Assembly (NCBI GenBank): GCA_963805625.1
Contig: CAWDVE010000017.1
Coordinates: 224,001 to 288,000 of the forward strand
Length of the DNA: 64,000 bases
Direction: 5' to 3'
Source of the DNA: an uncultured Candidatus Rokubacteria bacterium
GTDB taxonomy: Bacteria; Methylomirabilota; Methylomirabilia; Rokubacteriales; DASRDR01
Shown here one piece after another: positions 33,497-42,307 of this stretch. Position numbers and translations under genes: made by a program. A model generated the notes under the pieces. It was given only the letters and a program-made list of their open reading frames with translations. It was not told the origin of the DNA and did no database searches. The number at the start of each line of letters is the position of its first letter. The first letter of the stretch is position 1.

Positions 33497-34351
33497 TTGA
33501 CATTCTCTCGCCCTCCCGCGAGAGTGCCGCTAGCCACCCCGGCTTCCGGCGGCCTCGAGCCGGCCCGACCGGTCGGATCGGGGGTAAGGGTTGGATCGCC
33601 ATGGCTGCGCGGCTCGCTCGTGACGCTCGCGCTCTTCGGCGCCGTGGTGATGATGTGGGTCAGCCTGGCCAGGCCACTGACGCCCAGCCGGGCGTGCCTG
33701 GCGCTCCTCGCGGCACTCTTCCTGGCGTCGGCGCTGCCAGTCTTGGTGCTGCGCTGGGTCCAGCCTCCGACCACGGCGTTCATGATCTGGACGCGTCGTC
33801 GACGCCGCGGCCCGGAGACGTCGGTCCATCATGAATGGGTGTCCTACGAGGCCGTGTCTCCATCCATGCGGCTCGCCGCGATCGGCGCCGAGGATGCTCA
33901 CTTCGTGTCACACGCCGGCTTCGATTGGCCCAGCATCCGACGGGCTGTCCGATACAACCGTGAAGGCGGTCCACGGCGCGGCGCGAGCACGATCACTCAG
34001 CAGGTCGCCAAGAACCTGTTTCTCTGGCCGGGGCGTTCCTATCTCCGCAAGGGCCTGGAAGCGTACTTCACGGTGCTCATCGAGGCCATGTGGCCGAAGC
34101 GCCGGATTCTCGAGGTATACCTCAACATCGCGCAGTTCGGGCCGGACGTCTTTGGGGTCGGTGCGGCCTCGCGCGTGCTTCTCGGCAAGGAGGTCTCGGA
34201 CCTCGGCCCCCAAAACGCAGCGCTGCTGGCGGCCGCGCTTCCGAGCCCCGGCCGGTACGACGTTCGTCGTCCGTCCCCGGCCGTCCGCCTTCGCCAGGTG
34301 ATGATCATGGACAGCGTTCGGCGCCTGGACCTGGACCCCGATCACCTCTGA
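33497..34351 (+). CDS. mtgA: Monofunctional peptidoglycan transglycosylase (GT51)
   Basis: AEDAHF..HAGFD, GASTITQQVAKNLFL, RKGLEA, KRRILEVYLN; start uncertain. Confidence 0.9.
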   Translation: MTFSRPPARVPLATPASGGLEPARPVGSGVRVGSPWLRGSLVTLALFGAVVMMWVSLARPLTPSRACLALLAALFLASALPVLVLRWVQPPTTAFMIWTRRRRRGPETSVHHEWVSYEAVSPSMRLAAIGAEDAHFVSHAGFDWPSIRRAVRYNREGGPRRGASTITQQVAKNLFLWPGRSYLRKGLEAYFTVLIEAMWPKRRILEVYLNIAQFGPDVFGVGAASRVLLGKEVSDLGPQNAALLAAALPSPGRYDVRRPSPAVRLRQVMIMDSVRRLDLDPDHL

Positions 34352-34385
34352 GCCGCGGCCAGAGTGCCACCCAGAGAGGATAGAG

Positions 34386-34832
34386 ATGGACACTCGCTAC
34401 GGTGTCGACGAAAGCCGGGTCGTGTACGAGCTTCTTGAGAGGGAGATCGTCGTCGTCAACCTCGACACCGGGCACTACTACATCTTGGACGACACGGCGG
34501 CCGTGATCTGGAGGGAGCTCGTGGACGGGTCCACGCCGACCGAGGTGGTGCACGCGCTGAGCGTTCGGCATCCGGCCGACGGTGAGACGATCCGAGATGC
34601 GGTCCGGAGCTTCGTCGAGCAACTCACCGGGGAAGGGCTTCTCACTGCGTCGGACCGCGCGGCTCCCCGGCAGGCCGAGGCCGGCGCTGCGCAGATGCTG
34701 GATCTCGGCCCGAGCTTCATGCCCCCGATCCTAAATCGCTACACCGACATGGCGAAGCTGATCCAGATGGATCCGATCCACGACTTCGACGAGACCGGCT
34801 GGCCACGCCGCCCTATCGCCCGCGATCGATGA
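34386..34832 (+). CDS. PqqD/RRE-family protein with a C-terminal leader-like tail
   Basis: EIVVVNLDTGHYYILDDTAAVIWREL...FVEQLTGEGLL (RRE pattern), then FMPPILNRYTDM...DPIHDFDETGWP. Confidence 0.85.
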   Translation: MDTRYGVDESRVVYELLEREIVVVNLDTGHYYILDDTAAVIWRELVDGSTPTEVVHALSVRHPADGETIRDAVRSFVEQLTGEGLLTASDRAAPRQAEAGAAQMLDLGPSFMPPILNRYTDMAKLIQMDPIHDFDETGWPRRPIARDR

Positions 34833-35884
34833 CCGGCCGACCTTTGGTCGAGGAGGCGCTGGAGCGCTTCTTCGACGAGGCCGAGGCGTCCTTCGAAAAG
34901 GCGGTCAACCGCTCCGCGGAAAGGGTAGAGCGCCACGTGCAGGTGGCTGGTCGTCCGATGCGCCTTCAGTTCGCCGGCGCGACACTGGCGGACGCGATGA
35001 TGCCCGCGCTGAGGCATCTCGAGGTCCCGGCTGCGACCCCGTCGCTGACGGCGTTCATCTGGGACCTGCGCTCCACCGAGGTTGTCCTTGGTCCTCCGCC
35101 ATGGGCGGCGTTGCCGTACTTCGAACGCGGCAACATGCGGGGCTTCCGGGATGACCGCTTTGTCCTCGTCTACGATCGTCGCACGCGCGCCTTCAGCGCC
35201 GTCGACAATCTCCAGGGCCGAGCCGTTCAGTGGATGGACGACGCGGCATGTGTGCCGTTCTCCGAGCGCGCCGCACCCCTCCGGCACGTCCTCCAGGGCT
35301 GGCTCCAGCGGGAGGGGCTGTTCGTCGCCCATGCATCGGCAGTCGGTCGGGCCTCCGGTGGGGTCGCGGTGAGTGGCCGGACCGGCTCCGGCAAGTCGAC
35401 GACGGCGGCGCTGTGCTTGGGGTCCGACCTTGGATATCTCGGGGACGACAACATCCTGATCTCGGCCGGCGGTGAGCCGTGCGCGTACAGCCTCTACGGA
35501 GTGGCGAAGCTCAGCCGCGCAACGCTGGCGTGGTTCCCCGAGTTGTCCGCCGCCGTGGCCAATCCGGAACGGCTCGATGTCGAGAAGGCGCTGATCTTTC
35601 TTGGAGACGCCTATCGGCCACGGATGCTGCGGGAGTTTCCGCTCCGTGCAATCCTCCTTCCGCGCGTCGTCGACGGGCGCGAAACGCGCCTCCGGCAGGT
35701 GTCGGGGAACACCGCCTTCCGGACGCTGGCCCCGGATACCCTCTTGACGGTCCTGGGAAACCCCACGCTGACGGCGCGAGGCCTGCGACGGTTGGTCGAC
35801 GCTCTGCCATGCTACGAGCTTACGCTGGGCCACGACCTCGCCCGGATCCCTGGTGTCATTGACGATCTGCTCTCGCATGCTTGA
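34829..35884 (+). CDS. HPr kinase-related P-loop kinase
   Basis: HASAV, GRTGSGKST (Walker A), YLGDDNILI; ATGA overlap with the RRE gene. Confidence 0.82.
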   Translation: MTGRPLVEEALERFFDEAEASFEKAVNRSAERVERHVQVAGRPMRLQFAGATLADAMMPALRHLEVPAATPSLTAFIWDLRSTEVVLGPPPWAALPYFERGNMRGFRDDRFVLVYDRRTRAFSAVDNLQGRAVQWMDDAACVPFSERAAPLRHVLQGWLQREGLFVAHASAVGRASGGVAVSGRTGSGKSTTAALCLGSDLGYLGDDNILISAGGEPCAYSLYGVAKLSRATLAWFPELSAAVANPERLDVEKALIFLGDAYRPRMLREFPLRAILLPRVVDGRETRLRQVSGNTAFRTLAPDTLLTVLGNPTLTARGLRRLVDALPCYELTLGHDLARIPGVIDDLLSHA

Positions 35885-35901
35885 GGCGGCGCGCAGCGAG
35901 C

Positions 35902-36732
35902 ATGACTGATCCGTTCAGCGCTCTCGATCCACGGCCGACCACCCGTCAGGAGCTGATGCTGACCGCGGCCCTGCGGCAGGGTGAGCCAGCGCTGGCCGCG
36001 TGGGAGGCGTGGGTCTCCGATCTAGACCCCGAACGGCTCGAGGAGCAGCTCGAGCCGGATTCCCAGTGGCTCATGCCTCTCATCTACTGGAATCTACGTC
36101 GGGACGTGGAGCACCCCGTGCTCGCTCGTTGCCGGAACGTCTACCTTCACAACTGGTACAAGAACAATGCGATGCTCCATGCGCTGGCGTCGGCGCTCGG
36201 GTCGGGGGGACTGGCCGCGGTCAAGCCGGTGCTGCTGAAGGGGGCGGCCATGGCCGTCCGCTACTACGACACCCCCGGCGCCAGGCCCATCGCGACCATC
36301 GACGCGTGGATCCCCTTCGCGGCCGATGGCGCGTCCAGGTGGCTGGACCCGCTGCGCGACATGCTCACCCTCCACGACGTGCCCTTCGCCGCGGGACCTA
36401 CGGGCGGCCTCCTGAACCGGGCGGACACCGTAACCTTCATGGGCGCGACGTGCACCGTGATGAGCGCCGCCGACCAACTTCTCCACATCTGCTTTCATCG
36501 CCGGTCCTGGGATCCCCGAACCCGGTTGGTCTGGGTGGCCGACGCGGTGCAGGTGCTTCGGCGGTCGCCCGATCTGGACTGGGACACCGCCCTGGCGGCC
36601 GCTTCCCAGCTCGGGCTGGATCAGACGCTGTCAGCCACGCTCGACTACCTCGGTCGCTTCGGTGTGCCCGTCAGACTTCGGTCAGCGACGCGCATGCGCC
36701 CACGTCGCGCCGTCGGCCGGTCTGGCCCATGA
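35902..36732 (+). CDS. Nucleotidyltransferase family protein (NTP_transf_5-like), degenerate active site
   Basis: LLKGAAMA..YY....RP, DQLLHIC.H, WVAD; ATID in place of DxD. Confidence 0.75.
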   Translation: MTDPFSALDPRPTTRQELMLTAALRQGEPALAAWEAWVSDLDPERLEEQLEPDSQWLMPLIYWNLRRDVEHPVLARCRNVYLHNWYKNNAMLHALASALGSGGLAAVKPVLLKGAAMAVRYYDTPGARPIATIDAWIPFAADGASRWLDPLRDMLTLHDVPFAAGPTGGLLNRADTVTFMGATCTVMSAADQLLHICFHRRSWDPRTRLVWVADAVQVLRRSPDLDWDTALAAASQLGLDQTLSATLDYLGRFGVPVRLRSATRMRPRRAVGRSGP

Positions 36733-37409
36733 GCACGATCGTCGGGGTCATGGATCGTCCCGGCTTCCAGGCGAACACCGACAACCTCGTGCTGGTCGAG
36801 CCTGCGCGCTCCCGACTGACGTGGATTCCTCGCGACCTCTGGTGCGAGACGCTCCGAGCGCGGATCAATCGCGCCTTCAGTCGCGGCGGCCACGAGCTGC
36901 TCGTCGCTGCGCTGGGGGCGCACGGCTTCCACGTCACGGCCAGTCTCGTGCTGTCCCGGGAGGCCACGGAGGAGGCGCTCGCTGATGCCGTGGTGGTGGT
37001 CCCTGTGCCCTGCCGGATGACCTTCTCCTATCCCCTGACGCCGTGCGCGCGCATCGAGGATGGCAGCAAGCAAGTGGTCTTCAACCCGCCGGCCGAGGTT
37101 CTGCGGGGCGAGCGGATTCACCAATGGATGGGCGCCCGCGGCACGGATCTTCACCGGATCGAGAGGCAGAAGATCCTCGTGCGCCGCTTGCTGGAGAAGG
37201 GATTCGAGTTTCGACGAGCCCTGGCCCGTCCCGCCTGGTACTCCATCAGCGGGGCGGACTGTCTGCCCGATCTGGCGCGGGTGCGGCCTGACTGGCAGTT
37301 CGAGACCATCACTGAGCTCTCGCCCGTCTCCATCGAGGGACAGATGGTCTTGGTGAGGGGCGGGCGGGACCGCCACGACCACGACCCCCCCGGGCCGTCG
37401 CAGCCTTGA
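36729..37409 (+). CDS. LCP (LytR-CpsA-Psr)-like protein, minimal, no obvious TM anchor
   Basis: NTDNLVLV, IPRDLW, RINRAFSRGG, DLHRIERQ; ATGA overlap. Confidence 0.7.
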   Translation: MSTIVGVMDRPGFQANTDNLVLVEPARSRLTWIPRDLWCETLRARINRAFSRGGHELLVAALGAHGFHVTASLVLSREATEEALADAVVVVPVPCRMTFSYPLTPCARIEDGSKQVVFNPPAEVLRGERIHQWMGARGTDLHRIERQKILVRRLLEKGFEFRRALARPAWYSISGADCLPDLARVRPDWQFETITELSPVSIEGQMVLVRGGRDRHDHDPPGPSQP

Positions 37410-39163
37410 CTCCTCGATTCGTGGACTGCTGGCCGACCGCCGAGCAGCGGCTCCTCCTGCGCGCCACGCTGCTCGAGGGAACGTCAGCCGTCACCGCCTG
37501 GCGCGAGTGGAGGCAGCGAGTCGACCTTGACGGGATCGACGAGGCATCCGGCCGCCTGCTGCCGCAGCTTGCCCGCAACCTCTCGCTGCTCGGGGTGGAG
37601 GATCCGATTCTGCCGCGGCTTCGCGGTGTGCGGCGCCGCGTGTGGACCCAGAACACGGAGCGCCTCATCGAGACCGCCTCCCTGGTGCGGATGCTCGAGG
37701 AGGCCGGCGTCGCCACGATGGTCCTGAAGGGCGCCGCGCTGGCGACCCTCTACTACCCGGACCGCGGGCTCCGCCCGATGACGGACACCGATGTGCTCGT
37801 GCCGACCCGGCAAGTGCGGCCCGTGATGGCGCTCCTCATGGAAAGGGGCTGGACCCCCGTGGGATGGATCCCGGAGGCGCGGCGTCCCGAGCTGACTCTC
37901 GGCGTGCATCATGCGCACGAGTTCCGGCACCCCAGCGGCCAGAGTCTGGATCTGCACTGGCACGTCCTGTGGGAGTGCGGCGCGCCGGATGCCGACGACG
38001 ACTTCTGGGCCGCGGCCGTCCCCCTCGACCTGCGCGGCACTCTCACGCGGACCCTTTGCCCGACGGACCAGTTGCTGCATGTATGCGTTCACGGCGCGCA
38101 CTGGAGCGGGGCCCCCTCCCTCCGATGGGCTGCGGATGCGCACATGATCCTTCAGCGCCAGGGGATCAGCATCGACTGGGACCGACTGGTGGACCAGTCG
38201 TGTCGCCGCGGCTTGGTGCTGCCGATGCGCGCGACGCTGTCGCTGCTCGCGGAGATTCTGGAGGCCCCGGTGCCGCCGGGCGTCCTGGCGGCCCTTCGCG
38301 GGATCGCGGTGCCGTGGACTCAGTGCGTCGAGTATGCGACGGGGACCCGCGCGGCCCGACGACCGAGCATCGCGCTGCTCAATCGCGCGTGCCACCACCA
38401 TCGGCTGTCCGTGGGACAGACATTCGCCCGTTCTCTGTTCGGGTTCCCGCGATACCTCCGTCTGAGCTACGAGCAGGAGAGCTTCTGGGGGCTCGCCAGC
38501 GTGATGAGGAGAAAGATTCGACGACGAATCGCTGCTCGGCTGGGCCGTCCCGATCGCCCGGTTCCTCAACCCGAGGCCCAGGATGTGGGGCGCTCATCGG
38601 GCTCCGGTCAGGAATCAGCACCGTCATGGCTCGACAAGTCCCCCTGGATGCCCGTGGATGCGCCCATTCGATCCATTCCGTCGGCGCGCAGCCGAGTCCT
38701 CTTACTGGAGGTCATCGCGCAGTTCGACGTCGAGGCGACCCCGCGCTACCGACCCGTTCCGACCCGGCGCGGCACGACCACCTGGTGCAACATCTTCGTC
38801 TGGGACGTCACTCGCGCTCTAGGCGCAGAGGTTCCGCACTGCGTGGACGAGGCCGGGCGGTCGGTTCCGGTGGGGCAGGGGAGGGAGCTGACGGCCAACG
38901 GCACGCTGCGGTGGCTGAACACGCACGGCTTGGCCGACGGGTGGCGCGAGGAGGACGCGGCCGGCGCGGTGCGGGCTGCCGAGGCAGGGTCACCTGCCCT
39001 GGCAATCTGGCACAATCCGTTCGGCCACGGTCATGTGGGGATCGTCGTTCCGTGTCAGGACGACGGCGTCCACATCGCTCAGGCGGGCACCGTCTGCTTC
39101 AGCAGCCGGCCGCTGGCTCACGGTTTCGGGGACCGGCCAGCGCGGTTCTTCGTGCACGCCTGA
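37406..39163 (+). CDS. Nucleotidyltransferase (NTP_transf_5-like) fused to a C-terminal Cys-His papain/CHAP-like domain
   Basis: VLKGAALA..YY...LRPMTDTDVLV, DLHW; C-terminal TWCNIFV...GHGHVGIV...IAQAG. Confidence 0.78.
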   Translation: MTPRFVDCWPTAEQRLLLRATLLEGTSAVTAWREWRQRVDLDGIDEASGRLLPQLARNLSLLGVEDPILPRLRGVRRRVWTQNTERLIETASLVRMLEEAGVATMVLKGAALATLYYPDRGLRPMTDTDVLVPTRQVRPVMALLMERGWTPVGWIPEARRPELTLGVHHAHEFRHPSGQSLDLHWHVLWECGAPDADDDFWAAAVPLDLRGTLTRTLCPTDQLLHVCVHGAHWSGAPSLRWAADAHMILQRQGISIDWDRLVDQSCRRGLVLPMRATLSLLAEILEAPVPPGVLAALRGIAVPWTQCVEYATGTRAARRPSIALLNRACHHHRLSVGQTFARSLFGFPRYLRLSYEQESFWGLASVMRRKIRRRIAARLGRPDRPVPQPEAQDVGRSSGSGQESAPSWLDKSPWMPVDAPIRSIPSARSRVLLLEVIAQFDVEATPRYRPVPTRRGTTTWCNIFVWDVTRALGAEVPHCVDEAGRSVPVGQGRELTANGTLRWLNTHGLADGWREEDAAGAVRAAEAGSPALAIWHNPFGHGHVGIVVPCQDDGVHIAQAGTVCFSSRPLAHGFGDRPARFFVHA

Positions 39164-39267
39164 GGGGCCTCCGGCCGTTGCGCGTGTCGTCGAGGTAGCA
39201 TGCAACATCCTGCTCTCGAGCGGCACCTTCCTGCAGGCCCCCTCCTGCCGGCAAAAGGAGCCGGGTG

Positions 39268-40233
39268 ATGTCATCGCTCGTCGCCGAAGTCGACGAGAGG
39301 CCGGAGTCTCATCGCGGGCTCCTGGCGCGAATCGATCTTGTCGTGCTCGTCCATCGCGACGCACCGCACGTCGTGATGCGGTCGCTGCGCGCGCTGGCCG
39401 TTTCGATGGGAACGAACTGGACCGGCCGGATCGCGCTCGTACAGAACGCGTCTCCGGCAGCCACCGTCATGGCCGCGCAGTCCGAGGTCGTGCGTTCGTT
39501 TCCATCCGCCCGCATGGTCTCCGTCTCGTCGCGACGGAACCTCGGATACGCGGCTGGCGTGAATCTCGGCGTGGCGCACACGACCGCGCCCTACGTCGGC
39601 GTCTTCAATCCCGACGGCGTCACCCGGCCGGAGACCGTGGCGCGACTTGCGGGCGCGCTGGAACACGGTCGTGACGCCTTCATGGCTGGCGCGCGGATTG
39701 TGTCGACGGTAGTCTTGGAAGAGCCGCCTGCTTGTGCCCCGCGACGGGTTGCCTGGCTCCCTGGAGCGGCGATGCTGTTCCGACGAGAGTGGTTCCTCGA
39801 CATCGGCGGTTTCGATCCCGGCTTCTTCATGTACTGCGAGGACGTCGACCTTTCTCGGCGGGCACGCGCCCGCGGGTGGAAACTGGTGGTCGCACCCGAT
39901 GCCGTGTTCTTCCACGCGCGTGAGTTCGGCCAGCTCGAGTCACTTCGCCGGATTCGGATGTGGACCGTCTCCAACACGAGCCTCGTGTACCAGTACGGCA
40001 CGCCGCGGTGGCGAGCAATGGCTCGGCTGGCTCGTCAACGAGCCGGATGGTTCCGCAACCTTGCCCGCAAGCGTCGAGGCTGGACGCTTGCGGGCGCGCT
40101 CGTCGGGTCGGCAGCCTGGCTGGTGTCGATTCCCCGGCTGGAGCATCGCCGGCGCCACCCGTGGGACGGAGCCGCGTTGTCGGACTGGCTCGCGAGGGCG
40201 ACCCGTCGTGCCCAGATCACTGATCTCCAGTGA
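39268..40233 (+). CDS. Glycosyltransferase family 2 (WbbL-like)
   Basis: NLGYAAGVNLG, NPD, GGFDPGFFMYCEDVDLSRR; AAGGAG SD. Confidence 0.88.
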   Translation: MSSLVAEVDERPESHRGLLARIDLVVLVHRDAPHVVMRSLRALAVSMGTNWTGRIALVQNASPAATVMAAQSEVVRSFPSARMVSVSSRRNLGYAAGVNLGVAHTTAPYVGVFNPDGVTRPETVARLAGALEHGRDAFMAGARIVSTVVLEEPPACAPRRVAWLPGAAMLFRREWFLDIGGFDPGFFMYCEDVDLSRRARARGWKLVVAPDAVFFHAREFGQLESLRRIRMWTVSNTSLVYQYGTPRWRAMARLARQRAGWFRNLARKRRGWTLAGALVGSAAWLVSIPRLEHRRRHPWDGAALSDWLARATRRAQITDLQ

Positions 40234-40539
40234 GGGCGTGCCTTGACCGCCCCAGTCTTCCGTCCGCGTCGAGCGAGCATGGCCGTTCACCGCCGCTGGG
40301 CGTACCCGCATGATGCTGGCACGGGCCGGACCGGGACGCTCACCGGCGGACGGACTTTGAACATCACCATCGTGACCATCGTGCAGACAGGGCAATCTCA
40401 ACCTCGATGCCCGGAACCAGCACGCCCTGGAAGCCGAGCATGGCACCCATCGCCATGACCGTCGGAAATGCAATCGGCAGCGCCTAGATGGCCGGGGCGC
40501 CGAGCTGTGCGCCCCACAGTCCGACCGCGACCATCGCCA

Positions 40540-40670
40540 ATACGCAGGCTGACGAACTGTGCCGGAGACAGTGCGGCGTGAAGTGCGTCGGTAGTTCCGG
40601 AGCCTGAGAACCGCGTGAGAAGGTGCGCTGAATCACGCCCGGATGGAACGGCTCGCCAGTGCCGCCCGAG
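40540..40670 (-). pseudogene. Tyrosine recombinase/integrase C-terminal remnant
   Basis: GEPFHPGVIQRTF...LPTHFTPHCLRHS (HxLRH box); no intact ORF. Confidence 0.6.
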
Positions 40671-40888
40671 ACGCCAGACCCTGGCGTAAGCTCCACAGCC
40701 AGCGGGCGTCGTCGCCATAGGCATCCGGACCGAGTCGGCACGAAAAGCTCGGCACGTGAGCGGCGAGCCGTGCAGCGAGCAGGCCCATGCCCTCTTCGGG
40801 TGGCGCCGCGGCGGCCTGGCCGATGGCGAACATTCCGTCTGGCGGGCATGAGCGGAACAGGGTTCCGCGCCACGCATCCAGCGCGGTC

Positions 40889-41143
40889 GGGATACGCGCC
40901 GAGGTGGTCGCCGAGCGCGCCGTGAAGGAGATGCGGCGCTACCTCGCGGCCGGCGTGCCGGTGGGTCCGCATCTCGCGGACCAGCTTCTCCTGCCGATGG
41001 CGCTGGCCGGGCACGGCGCGTTCCGGACCAGCGGGCTCTCTTCCCACAGCCGGACGAACCTCGCCGTGATCCGGATGTTCTCGCCGACCCGGATCTCGGT
41101 CGCTGGCGATCGGGACGACGTCCTCGTCGAGTTCGGTGGCTGA
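40889..41143 (+). pseudogene. rtcA: RNA 3'-terminal phosphate cyclase, C-terminal fragment
   Basis: GIRAEVVAERAVKEMRRYLA.GVPVGPHLADQLLLPMALAG...HSRTNLAVI; N-terminal part missing. Confidence 0.8.
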
Positions 41144-41159
41144 TCACGGTCACGCCACG

Positions 41160-42194
41160 TCAATACCCTCGATCCCGCTCGAAGAGATTGCGCAGCGGGG
41201 TGCCGGCCAGGTAGCGCGTGAGGTTGTCGCAGAAGAGGTCGACCACACGCTCGTTCTCGTCGAGGGCCGTGCTCATGCTGTGGGGTGTGACGAGCACGTT
41301 GGGCAGGTCCCAGAGCGGGCTGTCGGGGGGCAGGGGCTCGACGGTGAAGACGTCCAGGGCGGCACCGTCGAGGCGGCCGTTGCGAAGCGCCCGCACCAGT
41401 GCGGTCTCGTCCACGACCTGGCCGCGGGCCACGTTGATCAGCACGGCCCCGGGCTTCATCATGGCTAGCTCCGCCTCGCCGATCAGCTCCGTCGTGTCCT
41501 GGGTGAGGGGTACCGTCAGGGCGACGTAGTCGCTCTCGGCGAGCAGCCTCGGAAGCCCGTCCGGCGGATAGATCTCGCCCAGCCCGGGGCTCGCCGCCGC
41601 CGGCGTGCGCCGCGTCGCCACCACGCGCACGCCGAGGGCCCGCGCCAGGCGCTTCACCTCGTCTCCGACGCGACCCAGACCCACGACGCCCAGGGTCTTC
41701 CCGGGCAGGGTGTCCAGGGCAAACCGCTCCCATCGGTGCGCGCGCTGGTCGGCGAGGATCCGGGGCAGGCGCTTGGCGAAGTACAGCATTGCGAAGAGGA
41801 CGAACTCGGCCAGGGCGCGCGCGTGGATGCCGGCGGCGTTGGTGACGAGGACGTCCGCGTGGCCGAGATTCATGGCGTGAACGAATGCCGCGACGCCGGA
41901 GCTGGAGAATTGGATCCAGCGCAGGCGGGGAGCGCGTCGCGGCAGATCGTCGCTGCGAGGCCGGTAGGCATCGAACATCACCTCGGCCTCGGCGACGAGG
42001 CGGTCCCACTCGGCGTCCTGGTCCGGCGACCGCTTCATCGGGGCGGTGTGGTCGCCCGGGTAGCGCGGCTGGCCCACGAGGTCCGCCCGGTAAGTCACGG
42101 CGATCCTGAGATCGACCGACCGGATGCGGTCGACGAGATGCGGCTCGAGGAACGATGCGATCAACACGCGCACAGGCGGCGCGGGGACAGTCAT
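41160..42194 (-). CDS. D-2-hydroxyacid dehydrogenase
   Basis: GLGRVG, INVARGQVVDE, LDVFTVEPL, VTPHS. Confidence 0.92.
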   Translation of the reverse strand: MTVPAPPVRVLIASFLEPHLVDRIRSVDLRIAVTYRADLVGQPRYPGDHTAPMKRSPDQDAEWDRLVAEAEVMFDAYRPRSDDLPRRAPRLRWIQFSSSGVAAFVHAMNLGHADVLVTNAAGIHARALAEFVLFAMLYFAKRLPRILADQRAHRWERFALDTLPGKTLGVVGLGRVGDEVKRLARALGVRVVATRRTPAAASPGLGEIYPPDGLPRLLAESDYVALTVPLTQDTTELIGEAELAMMKPGAVLINVARGQVVDETALVRALRNGRLDGAALDVFTVEPLPPDSPLWDLPNVLVTPHSMSTALDENERVVDLFCDNLTRYLAGTPLRNLFERDRGY

Positions 42195-42307
42195 GTCGAA
42201 GCTCCCGGTCTGATGGTGATCGTTCAGCCTCCGTAGCCCAGCTCGCGCAACGGTCGGCGGCGTACCGTTGGCCCTCGGCCGTGGCTTGACGCGCGGGGAG
42301 CCTGAGC

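Noticed and set aside
34386-35884. PQQ biosynthesis or a canonical lasso peptide cluster
   Set aside because: No pqqA/B/C/E, no lasso cyclase, no B2 peptidase and no standalone precursor seen.
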